From positions 1 to 37,548 of IMG/VR virus record IMGVR_UViG_3300025018_000298: a stretch of 37,548 bases of DNA. The stretch is one strand, 5' to 3'. This stretch comes from a virus (Duplodnaviria; Caudoviricetes). Below are positions 28,426-37,110 of this stretch, piece after piece. A program made the position numbers and the translations under genes. Numbering within the stretch: the first letter of the stretch is position 1; each line of letters opens with the position of its first letter. The notes under the pieces are model-generated. The model did no database searches. It worked only from the letters and a program-made list of their open reading frames with translations, and was not told the DNA's origin.

Positions 28426-29625
28426 TTAAATTGATAATCCATCAATACGGCCTTGGAACGCAGGGTTAACAAATAACTCGGGGTATCCACCATATCTAGC
28501 TTCATAAGCATCATCATCAGCCATACGCATGAAAACGCTACCATCATCATCAAACCATCCCCAATCAGGAGCATGGAAGAATTTAATGTCATCATCATTG
28601 TACAGATGAACTCTATCAGCTGCTATAAATCTATTAGGTGAGATAGGAATATCCCCATTATCAGATTCAAACAATACTGAACGGAAAGACACTAGATCTC
28701 TAAACTTACTGTCTCTAGGACGTAACTGAAATCTCTTTAAATCTTCTCGTTGATTCTTAAACTTCCTATATTGAGTATAGGACATCTCGATACGACTAGG
28801 TGCTTTACCATTTTTGCGTTCCATTTCTAAAACTGCTTCATTCAATACTTCGTGGGAAATAGTTTCTCCAGCAGTAAAGTTTTTATGGTAAGCCTGCCAC
28901 CGTCTACCTACAGTAGGCCCATACATAGTACCAGATGTAGCATCTACTACATTAGTAAATCCTGTTATTTCCTTAGACTTGGATTTCTGTAAGTAAATAA
29001 CATCTGCTGCTACAGGTGTGTAAGATCCATCATTACGGGTAACCGTAATCTGTAAGTTATCAGGATCTACATCAGTAATCTCAAACTGGCTAGTATCCGC
29101 TCCGATGTTGATATAGTCTTTCTCTTCCCAATTAGCTTCAATCCATGTAGCTGCTGAGATAGTCAAAGTATACGGGTTAGTTCCTGTAACACCTGCAGTA
29201 GCTATAGTACCTAATGATCCATCCCCTAAAGCTGCTCGTTCCATAGTACGAGAAAAAGATTCTACAGTTCTACGCACATATTCTTTAGACCCTTGAACCC
29301 AAGCCCCTTTATCCTTCACGGCTTGCTTCATAGTACGTCTATCTATACGTAATCTACCATAAGCAAACTTAGAGGTTAAGGTAACTGTAACATCTTTAGA
29401 TATATTAGTATCAGGCAGAGATCCGAAAGCATTACTACCAGAAAAATAAACCTGTACTGGAAATTGATGTTGATTACCTACGAATGGCGCAGCCTCTTGC
29501 ATAAGCTGCGACATGAACGGAAAAGATACGTTGAATGTCGCTTCTGAAGGAGTACCATAACTTGTTTTAAACAAGTTAGATACACCAGACGTATCTAAAT
29601 TATATTTATTATTACTAGCCACCAT
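28426..29625 (-). CDS. Major capsid protein
   Basis: 399 aa after the scaffold; AGGAG RBS; ALGDG, EITG, NP..QGRI.GL C-terminus typical of HK97-fold podovirus capsids. Confidence 0.88.
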   Translation of the reverse strand: MVASNNKYNLDTSGVSNLFKTSYGTPSEATFNVSFPFMSQLMQEAAPFVGNQHQFPVQVYFSGSNAFGSLPDTNISKDVTVTLTSKFAYGRLRIDRRTMKQAVKDKGAWVQGSKEYVRRTVESFSRTMERAALGDGSLGTIATAGVTGTNPYTLTISAATWIEANWEEKDYINIGADTSQFEITDVDPDNLQITVTRNDGSYTPVAADVIYLQKSKSKEITGFTNVVDATSGTMYGPTVGRRWQAYHKNFTAGETISHEVLNEAVLEMERKNGKAPSRIEMSYTQYRKFKNQREDLKRFQLRPRDSKFRDLVSFRSVLFESDNGDIPISPNRFIAADRVHLYNDDDIKFFHAPDWGWFDDDGSVFMRMADDDAYEARYGGYPELFVNPAFQGRIDGLSI

Positions 29626-29712
29626 TTTACACTACTCCTGTCATTAAAGGTTAAGTACTTGATTTAACCCCTACGAGGAGTAGCTATATAAGGTTAGCGT
29701 TCCTACTAAGGT

Positions 29713-30942
29713 TTAACTATTCCATAGATCGTTTAATGATTTTACAGACTTCTTTTTTAGTTTCTTCTGAGGAGTAACCTTCTTGTATCCAGTTTTCCTA
29801 CTTGAAGAAATTGGTTTAGATGCCTTCATATACTCATTAACGATATCTGCGTAATCTTCAGATGCTAATTTAGTAGCATCCGCATCAACTGTTTTTATAA
29901 TTTTAAATATTTCAGACTTTGCAGAATCTTCAAGATCTATACCTAAATCATCTACTACGTCTAAAAGATTATTATAGATTTTCCTATTAAAGGCGAAATC
30001 TTTTATGGATTCTATACTAACTGGCGCAGGCTTGCCACCCTTTTCTTTTGCTAAGTCTACATTTCTCTTTACTAAAAAATCAAAACAGTATTTTACTTCA
30101 TCTTCTGGTATAACATATGACTGGCTAAACTCCTGTAATTGCTTAGTAAATTCTTGTCTACTACTAATCTCCTGTTGAGACTTAGTTTTATACTCCATTC
30201 TGGCCTGACGGCCTTTTAATCTTGCCTCTGCTACAGTAATTTTACGTTCTTCTGGAGATTGAACGATTAAGTCAGTAAAAAACTTATCAAAACTGCTAAT
30301 CATAGCATCAAAGTAAGCCCCTTGCTCTATCCCTAGAACTTCTCCTACTAACTCTAATCCGCCACCTATATCTCCTGCCTCGATTAAGTCCAAAGACTCT
30401 TTAATAAGCCCTATATGGACTTCAGATTCTAATATTTTAGACTCATACTCTTTCTTACGTTCAGTTAGGTTACTTAGCTTTTCATTATATGCTACTCTAC
30501 CAGCAAAATCTTTTTTCAAGTCACTTAAAGTAACATCTCTTAGTTTACCGTTAGCCTTAAGTCTAAATACAGCATCACTGGGTATTTCTAAGGTTTTTCC
30601 ATCTGAAGTTGTTGCTTTAAGAGTATACTGCTTATCCGTAGATTTTTTATCTTCAGTTTTTTCTTCTTTCTCGGCGTCTTCCTCATCGCCATCGTCATCT
30701 TCATCGTCATCTTCATCCTCATCAGCAGCGTCTACTTCTTCCTCTTTTGGTATATCCACATTGCTAGTATCATCGTCCAGATTGCTATCGCCACTATCCT
30801 CACCGTCACTATCGCTACCTGCGACATCTTCTTCCGATTCTAACGCTTCTTGTATAGTATTATCTACAGCTCCCCATAAATCAGCTACCCCTCTACCTAC
30901 AGGTAAATCACTTACAGACTCAGAATTATTATTATTACTCAT
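29713..30942 (-). CDS. Capsid scaffolding protein
   Basis: Acidic disordered N-terminus, LKANGK..DVTL.DLK..F, coiled coil; between portal and capsid. Start at 30942 after AAGGA. Confidence 0.8.
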   Translation of the reverse strand: MSNNNNSESVSDLPVGRGVADLWGAVDNTIQEALESEEDVAGSDSDGEDSGDSNLDDDTSNVDIPKEEEVDAADEDEDDDEDDDGDEEDAEKEEKTEDKKSTDKQYTLKATTSDGKTLEIPSDAVFRLKANGKLRDVTLSDLKKDFAGRVAYNEKLSNLTERKKEYESKILESEVHIGLIKESLDLIEAGDIGGGLELVGEVLGIEQGAYFDAMISSFDKFFTDLIVQSPEERKITVAEARLKGRQARMEYKTKSQQEISSRQEFTKQLQEFSQSYVIPEDEVKYCFDFLVKRNVDLAKEKGGKPAPVSIESIKDFAFNRKIYNNLLDVVDDLGIDLEDSAKSEIFKIIKTVDADATKLASEDYADIVNEYMKASKPISSSRKTGYKKVTPQKKLKKKSVKSLNDLWNS

Positions 30943-30955
30943 ATAATTTTCCTTA

Positions 30956-33109
30956 TTATGTACTTTGACTAGGAACTGGTATACCGTTCGGGACACCTTG
31001 AGCAAGTACTGCGTCCTGTACTCCAGGCTGTATTACAGGCCCTTGAGGAGTAACTTGGTTAATAGCAGAACCTTCATTTAAAGGTATAGGCGCACCTTCA
31101 GGCAGCTCAGTATTTTGACTAGGATCAGGTAATGCATACAATACAGGAAACCCATCTAAGGCCTGTAATTTAGCACTATACCCTCTACCTTCAATTTTGG
31201 TAGTTTTTTCCCACATCAAGTATTCTAACGCCCCTAATCTTTCTAATGCCCTATTCTGTATATCTATACTTACTTCTTCAAATTCTTGAGATTGTACTAA
31301 CTTCATCAATACCTGCCAGTGAGTTATTAAATCCTCATATTTTTTAGGGGGATTTACTTTTTTATTAGACATCAATCTTTCATTTATATATTCGGCTTTA
31401 CGTACGGCGGATGTCGCATATGAAATATACTTATCATCCTGTGCTAAATCTAAAGCATCCATAGCATACGCATCCGTTACAGTATTAGGAAAGGCTTCTC
31501 TAAGTTTAAGTATTCTATCTATTCTACCACCTACAGTATTAGCTATAGGAGATACTTCTACTATTCTAATTTCATAGGGCCCTGCTAAGTCAGTACCTTT
31601 GACTGCCTCAGTAGTTACTTTATTATTAGGCCCTAATACTTTAATTAACCTAGCCTCGTCAGTATCGTAGTGTTTACCAATTATATCAATAATGTTCTGC
31701 CAGGTCTGTCTAACTAATTTACGATAGTTAGTTATAGCTGTTAAGTCTCGTTTAGTTTCTTGCTCATCCAAACTTTGAATAGCTAAACCTGAATCCACTC
31801 GTTTAGGTATATCCCCAAATGACACCCCATGCACAGCCGCTAATTCTTTTATCTCAGTCTTTAAAGCATCCCTAGCTGAAAACATCTCCCCTGTTAAAAC
31901 TTTAGGCATCTCTAGTCTAGGAGGTACACCACCAGTATACTCTACTATCATGTCTAGACTAGCTAGCATGGTATGATTAGTAGAACGGCGTGGTACAATC
32001 CATTTAAGATGAGAACCTTGAGCTAAGGCTTTCAACATTAAAAACGTTATTCCGTCATATGCTCTATTCAGAGGTTTAACTAATTCTATAAAACTTATAG
32101 GTCTGGGCTCAGATGGAATCTCTATATCTACATGTCTAGCTATAGGTAGAGTATGTTTGTTATGGGGATGTATAGTATTTGATACTACACAATCTCCTAC
32201 ATAAATAATTAATCTTCCACCTTGTAAAAACTCAGTCTCTTCATGATAAAAATAAAACACAGGTACTTTACTATCATCCCCTAGATAATCCTCTATCTCT
32301 GCGCTATCACCTTCAGAATTAACTAGCTCTACGCTTCCCCATTTAGCATATACTTTCTCTAAGTATTCTCTTTCTTCTATAAATACATAATTAGATTCTT
32401 CCCATTCTTTATTTAACTCAAAGCGTACTTGCCAAGGGTACTTTATTTTTACACCTACTTCACCTGACCTGTTTATAGTTGCCCCATATAGCTCTACTCC
32501 ATCACCCATTTTAGCTACTACGATTCTTTCTGGATTTTTATCTTGCTCATCTTCTTCAGACTCTTTACCTACAGGCCCTCGTTCAGGATACCAATCTTGC
32601 CAGAGGTAACATTCTCCAAAAACATGTGTAGCACGTTGTACTTTTATATGTTTAGCTTCTATCTGCTCTACATAGTCTAAGTAAGCTATGTTTTTATTAG
32701 CTAAATCAGCACTATTCCTAGCTTCACGAGTATCTTTAGGCGGAATAGCTTTAACGCCTACTTTATTAGCCGTTATCTTAGAAACTTTCTGTTCCACTAA
32801 GGTATTAGTTATACCTATAGGGAAAGGTTTACTTTTATGTTTCTTACTTACAGTAGTTTCAGATGTTCTACGTTTATAATCTTCTCCCGTGAAATGATAG
32901 CCTGCATACATACACAGATTATCTAACCAGATAGGTACACGCTGATTAATCTCTTCATCAGATAATATAAAAAATTCTTGCTTCCATTTGGATAACGCAA
33001 CATTATCTTTTAAATCTAGAAACTCAAATGGTCTAAGTCTCTTCTTATTAATATCCCCAGTAAATTTACTACCTGGATTATCCCAAAGTTGTTTTAATCC
33101 TGGTTGCAT
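30956..33109 (-). CDS. Portal protein
   Basis: 717 aa after terminase; N.LVEQKVSK, A..A...A, KPLNRAYD, G..P..VDSGLAI..L.EQ. Confidence 0.88.
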   Translation of the reverse strand: MQPGLKQLWDNPGSKFTGDINKKRLRPFEFLDLKDNVALSKWKQEFFILSDEEINQRVPIWLDNLCMYAGYHFTGEDYKRRTSETTVSKKHKSKPFPIGITNTLVEQKVSKITANKVGVKAIPPKDTREARNSADLANKNIAYLDYVEQIEAKHIKVQRATHVFGECYLWQDWYPERGPVGKESEEDEQDKNPERIVVAKMGDGVELYGATINRSGEVGVKIKYPWQVRFELNKEWEESNYVFIEEREYLEKVYAKWGSVELVNSEGDSAEIEDYLGDDSKVPVFYFYHEETEFLQGGRLIIYVGDCVVSNTIHPHNKHTLPIARHVDIEIPSEPRPISFIELVKPLNRAYDGITFLMLKALAQGSHLKWIVPRRSTNHTMLASLDMIVEYTGGVPPRLEMPKVLTGEMFSARDALKTEIKELAAVHGVSFGDIPKRVDSGLAIQSLDEQETKRDLTAITNYRKLVRQTWQNIIDIIGKHYDTDEARLIKVLGPNNKVTTEAVKGTDLAGPYEIRIVEVSPIANTVGGRIDRILKLREAFPNTVTDAYAMDALDLAQDDKYISYATSAVRKAEYINERLMSNKKVNPPKKYEDLITHWQVLMKLVQSQEFEEVSIDIQNRALERLGALEYLMWEKTTKIEGRGYSAKLQALDGFPVLYALPDPSQNTELPEGAPIPLNEGSAINQVTPQGPVIQPGVQDAVLAQGVPNGIPVPSQST

Positions 33110-33483
33110 TAAAAATTAACTCCACTAATTAAATTTTCTAACTGTTCTTTAGCATCTTGTAAATTTAGTTCATGGTCAACCTTCATCTCTTCAAATGCTT
33201 TTATAATATTCTCCGGAGTTAATTGACCATCTTTCATATAAGGTATAGTAGCAGCGATAACTCTCTTAACTTCATCTAAATGTCTTTGTATAATATCATT
33301 GGTAGACTTAGAACTATTTACCATAGTAGCCATAGCCTCAGAATGGCTCTTAAGCATATATGTACCCTGGTTAACCAACTTGTCTAATGCTCTACCTAGA
33401 GATCCAAATAATAAAACCATAATTACATCAGTAACTACTAGCAAACATACGCTACCATAACTAACTAACTCTATATTATCCAT
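33109..33483 (-). CDS. Hypothetical membrane-anchored protein
   Basis: N-terminal TM segment. Start moved to 33483 (GGAG upstream) to avoid overlap with terL. Confidence 0.55.
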   Translation of the reverse strand: MDNIELVSYGSVCLLVVTDVIMVLLFGSLGRALDKLVNQGTYMLKSHSEAMATMVNSSKSTNDIIQRHLDEVKRVIAATIPYMKDGQLTPENIIKAFEEMKVDHELNLQDAKEQLENLISGVNF

Positions 33484-33490
33484 AATGTTA

Positions 33491-34972
33491 TTATACTCCA
33501 AATATATCGTTATAAAAGTCTGTATCAAAGTCAAAATCTAATACTGCATTAAAAGGATCTTCCTGTCTAACCCATTCTGTAGCGTCTTGTTCTAGTGTTA
33601 CTCCTCTAGGTAATGCAATATGGTCTTTAGATACTATAATACTTTCCGTAGTATTTTGGTACTGATAATCGCACTCATCTATTAAGTACATTATATTATC
33701 GATACTATGATTGCCTATTCTTGCGTTAATATCCTTAAGTCTTTTCAATTCCTCGATAGTATTTACACAGTGATCAGCTACCTGAAAACTTCTAGGTACG
33801 CTCATAGCATCTTTAAGCAAACTAACATGTGTTTCCTTACCTCTACCACGTTTTTTATTGGTAGGACGTAACTTAACCCCGAAATTACCTAACACATCCA
33901 CTTCATACCAAGAAGCTGCCTCGTCATACACATCATCCCAATTCTCTAAGGACATTTCAGGATATAATAGTTTCTTCCTCGATGTTGTGGCGTTCCACAT
34001 AGGCGTAGCGGATGTTTTATACCTATTAGTTTCATAGATCTCATCTAATACATAAATCTGGGAAGTTTTCTTGTCATAAGCACATAATAATACACAGAAA
34101 ACAGATTGCCCTGGATCAGACATAGCATAGAAATCTACGGTACCTGATTTAATACCTCGTTCTAACTCACCTAACAGTACGCTGATATGTCTACAATGAT
34201 TTTTCTCACTGAACATAGGAAATACCCTGCCGGTAGGATTAGAAACATCTTTAACTAGGTATTCTCTGTAGAATATATGTTCTTCGCCTCGTCTAACATA
34301 AGATGCTCGGTGTTTATCTAACCATTCATGACTTATATGTGGGTTATCGTATGAAGTAAAACTAAAGTACTTCCAATCTGAATTAGTCTTAGCTTCTTCC
34401 CTCAATTCTCTATAAAAATCACCATCAGGGTCATCGGCATCAGGTGGAGTACCAATAACTAAAAGTATTCCATCTTTAGCTAAGAGATTAGGATATGCTG
34501 CGTCATAGTAATCTCTCTTCTGATCTTTAGCTTCATCAAATACAACTAAATCAAAACTCCTGCCTCTACCATCCTCTGTATTTCTACATCCATCAATTTG
34601 AATCAATGATCCCCAAGGATACATTATTTTATATTTATCGTTGTCTACTGTCTGACCAAAGTTAGGCCCGAATGATTGTATACGTTCATTGTTCCAAATA
34701 ATTTTACACTCAGCTTCCGCAGAAGAACCTATTATATATGACTCTGCTCTATCACGTTCAATACTAACTCTAGTACCTAGATAGTTAGCTAGTTCGTTCT
34801 TACCCCACTTTCTACCTGCCTGGACAAATACACATCTATAGCCTTCACTATATATAGCTCTTAGTACTTCTCTCTGTGCTGCATGCGCTTGCCACCGTTT
34901 ATTTAATAAAGCTATAGCTCTTCTTTTCTGGGCAGATGTAAGTAATACACGTTCTTTATATACTCTAGCCAT
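33491..34972 (-). CDS. terL: Terminase large subunit
   Basis: Walker A AGRKWGKN, GRSFDLVVFDEA, IGTP, SYDNPHI, REY, nuclease DPG and YD.AA. Confidence 0.93.
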   Translation of the reverse strand: MARVYKERVLLTSAQKRRAIALLNKRWQAHAAQREVLRAIYSEGYRCVFVQAGRKWGKNELANYLGTRVSIERDRAESYIIGSSAEAECKIIWNNERIQSFGPNFGQTVDNDKYKIMYPWGSLIQIDGCRNTEDGRGRSFDLVVFDEAKDQKRDYYDAAYPNLLAKDGILLVIGTPPDADDPDGDFYRELREEAKTNSDWKYFSFTSYDNPHISHEWLDKHRASYVRRGEEHIFYREYLVKDVSNPTGRVFPMFSEKNHCRHISVLLGELERGIKSGTVDFYAMSDPGQSVFCVLLCAYDKKTSQIYVLDEIYETNRYKTSATPMWNATTSRKKLLYPEMSLENWDDVYDEAASWYEVDVLGNFGVKLRPTNKKRGRGKETHVSLLKDAMSVPRSFQVADHCVNTIEELKRLKDINARIGNHSIDNIMYLIDECDYQYQNTTESIIVSKDHIALPRGVTLEQDATEWVRQEDPFNAVLDFDFDTDFYNDIFGV

Positions 34973-34982
34973 AGCCTATACA

Positions 34983-35534
34983 TTAAACTAATTTATCTAG
35001 TAAATCTTGAACTACGCAGTCTTCTTTAGCTTTAGTCTCTGCTTTAGTCTCAGGTTTAGAATACTCATCTTCCTCATCATCATCTTCTTCAACTGATTCT
35101 AACAATGGTATTCGAGCTTGCTCGGCTAATGCTTTCTGTTTCTTAGGATGTCTTGCCTCTTGTAACTTAACGGCTACTTCGGCGGCTTTAATCATACCTG
35201 CCGTTACCTTCATAACTTTCTCTACTTGGTCTAAGTCACTTATAACGGTATCGTCACTTAAGAAATCTTTTACTTTAGCTAACGTATGTTTAATACCGTC
35301 TATAAAAGAAAACAAGCTAGTATTGATTAGCCTGTCCAATTCGTCTTCCTCTACTTTAGCTCTTAATGTTCTCCAATTATGCTTACCTGTGAATATTAAT
35401 TCAGCTAATAATTCTTTAGGTACTTTGTAGAGATCAATTATCTCCTCGACTGATTTACCTAGAAATACATAATCCGTCTGTGCAGCATGTATAGCTGCCT
35501 CAGCATCTCGGTTATAATTTATATCAGCGGTCAT
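34983..35534 (-). CDS. Probable terminase small subunit
   Basis: Directly upstream of terL; N-terminal HTH-like segment with W..LR followed by helices. Confidence 0.55.
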   Translation of the reverse strand: MTADINYNRDAEAAIHAAQTDYVFLGKSVEEIIDLYKVPKELLAELIFTGKHNWRTLRAKVEEDELDRLINTSLFSFIDGIKHTLAKVKDFLSDDTVISDLDQVEKVMKVTAGMIKAAEVAVKLQEARHPKKQKALAEQARIPLLESVEEDDDEEDEYSKPETKAETKAKEDCVVQDLLDKLV

Positions 35535-35537
35535 AGG

Positions 35538-35945
35538 TCATAGGTCTAATTCATCGGAATCATATTCATCAACTACTATTTCAATACTCTCTATCCTAGG
35601 TTGCTCATCTACAGGTTTTTGTTTATTCTTAGGTTTTTGTTTCTTCTTAGGTTTTTGTTTATTCTTAGGTTTTTGAACCTCTGGGTTAAGACTATTAGCT
35701 ACTTTCTTTTCATTACTCTTAGCCACATTTTCTTCGTACTCAAGTACCTGTAGCAAAGTCTTATAATCTTTCTCTTCCCACTTACTGAACAACTCACCTA
35801 AGTAGGGAGCACCTTGTTCTAATCTTTTAATTATAAATTCTTTAACTCTGCCGTAGTCGAGTATTTTACCATGTCCTTTAAACGTACTGGATACATAGTC
35901 TAAATGCGCTCTTACTTGTCCTTCACTCAATAGTCTTCCGTCCAT
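35538..35945 (-). CDS. Hypothetical protein with Lys-rich repeat and acidic tail
   Basis: GAGG RBS; (QKPK[NK]K) repeated three times. Confidence 0.65.
   Translation of the reverse strand: MDGRLLSEGQVRAHLDYVSSTFKGHGKILDYGRVKEFIIKRLEQGAPYLGELFSKWEEKDYKTLLQVLEYEENVAKSNEKKVANSLNPEVQKPKNKQKPKKKQKPKNKQKPVDEQPRIESIEIVVDEYDSDELDL
35613..35675. repeat. 3.5 x 18-bp coding tandem repeat
   Basis: AGGTTTTTGTTT(A/C)TTCTT units. Confidence 0.9.
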
Positions 35946-35954
35946 AATTTCCTC

Positions 35955-36155
35955 TTAGTTATTACCTATAGAAGTACTAGATGTACTATCCGCAGACTGT
36001 GTGCATATATCATAATCTGAATTACAAAATACTTCATCACCTTCTTCAGAATCCATACAAGCTTTAAACTGAATATCACATTGATACAACTGCTGGCTAG
36101 TCTCATCACCACAACCTATCAAACATAATAACACAACTATTAATTTTCTCATCAT
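35955..36155 (-). CDS. Small acidic lipoprotein with CX6C-X10-CX6C
   Basis: MRK + hydrophobic core + lipobox LIG|C; GAGGAG RBS. Confidence 0.75.
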   Translation of the reverse strand: MMRKLIVVLLCLIGCGDETSQQLYQCDIQFKACMDSEEGDEVFCNSDYDICTQSADSTSSTSIGNN

Positions 36156-36307
36156 ATTCTCCTCAAGTCACTTTTTAATGCGTTAATTCTATTCTGAATA
36201 ACGAAAGTATTCATAACTTTTAATTGTGCTAATTCTCTTTTGGTAATAGTACCTTTAAGTTTTTTAGTTCTCAGTAAATGTAAAAACGCTTTCTGCTCTA
36301 TAGTCAT
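36152..36307 (-). CDS. 51-aa basic protein, first gene of the late operon (not in ORF track)
   Basis: Hand translation MTIEQKAFLHLLRTKKLKGTITKRELAQLKVMNTFVIQNRINALKSDLRRI; ATGA overlap with the lipoprotein gene. Confidence 0.65.
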   Translation of the reverse strand: MTIEQKAFLHLLRTKKLKGTITKRELAQLKVMNTFVIQNRINALKSDLRRI

Positions 36308-36331
36308 ATCTACAATACCTGCCGTCCGATT

Positions 36332-36369
36332 AAAAAAGGAAAGAGAGTAGAAAGGTTACTCTCTTTCCT
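36332..36369 (-). terminator. Intrinsic terminator upstream of the late operon
   Basis: 13-bp perfect stem AGGAAAGAGAGTA (36337-36349) / TACTCTCTTTCCT (36357-36369), U6 tract on the - strand. Confidence 0.85.
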
Positions 36370-36399
36370 ATCACAACATTTATAAGGAGTTCCCATGTA
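36332..36399 (-). ncRNA. Candidate ~68-nt small RNA / attenuated leader
   Basis: Bounded by a predicted promoter and a strong terminator; contains CAUGGGAACUCCUUAU. Confidence 0.45.
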
Positions 36400-36405
36400 T
36401 TTAAG

Positions 36406-36434
36406 ATTCTAATTTCATTTATTCGATTCTACAA
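36406..36434 (-). promoter_or_regulatory. Sigma70-type late-leader promoter
   Basis: TTGTAG (36434-36429), 17 bp spacer, TAGAAT (36411-36406). Confidence 0.6.
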
Positions 36435-36477
36435 TACAAAACTTCAGGGTGTGTTTATATACATGACCTACTATAAG

Positions 36478-36885
36478 TATAGTATGCTATCCGTAAATAT
36501 TACTACTAGTATAATACTACTAGTATAATACTACTAGTATAGTATAATTATATTATACTATACTAGTAGTATTATCTACCTACTTGATTTTATTAGATAT
36601 TATAGTACGACTTGTAGTATAATTATATTATACTATACTAGTAGTATTATCTACCTACTTGATTTTATTATGGATTCTAGTAAGGCTTGTAGTAGTAGTA
36701 TTATACTATCCGTAAATACTACTACTAGTAGTATAGTATACTATCCGTAAATACTACTACTAGTAGTATAGTATAGTATACTATCCGTAAATACTACTAC
36801 TAGTAGTATACTATACTATAATTATACTATACTAGTAGTATTACCTAACTACTTGATTTTATTATGGATTCTAGTAAGGCTTGTA
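36478..36885. repeat. TAG/TAC/TAT-rich block of nested direct and inverted repeats
   Basis: TATCCGTAAATA(C/T)TACTACTAGTA x4; 56-bp unit at 36540 and 36615; 34-bp unit at 36658 and 36852; 24-bp perfect inverted repeat. Confidence 0.92.
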
Positions 36886-36975
36886 AGGTGACGTGCGTGT
36901 GCGCTCAGAGGACTTGTACTATACACATACCCTCGTACCTAAAGGGGGTCACCAACTTTACATAAACTCAAAATC

Positions 36976-37027
36976 TTTAATTGACGATTAAAACAGTGTT
37001 TTAATTGAAGATTAAAACTATGTTTTA
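36976..37027. repeat. 2 x 24-bp direct repeat with internal palindromes
   Basis: TTTAATTGA(C/A)GATTAAAAC(AG/TA)TGT. Confidence 0.85.
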
Positions 37028-37110
37028 ACTAATTATTAGGTCACGAGAATTCCAATTCTAGTGATCTAGGATTGCCAAGGCTATATAAACCGAAGATTGC
37101 CGGGTTATAC

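Noticed and set aside
28380-28440. Programmed frameshift extending the capsid protein (T7 10B-like)
   Set aside because: Both alternative frames stop within about 10 codons.
796-32879. Short antisense or nested ORFs in the track (e.g. 1770-2123, 7529-7888, 8607-8933, 16849-17136, 28401-28598)
   Set aside because: They overlap well-supported genes and lack an RBS or recognisable motifs.
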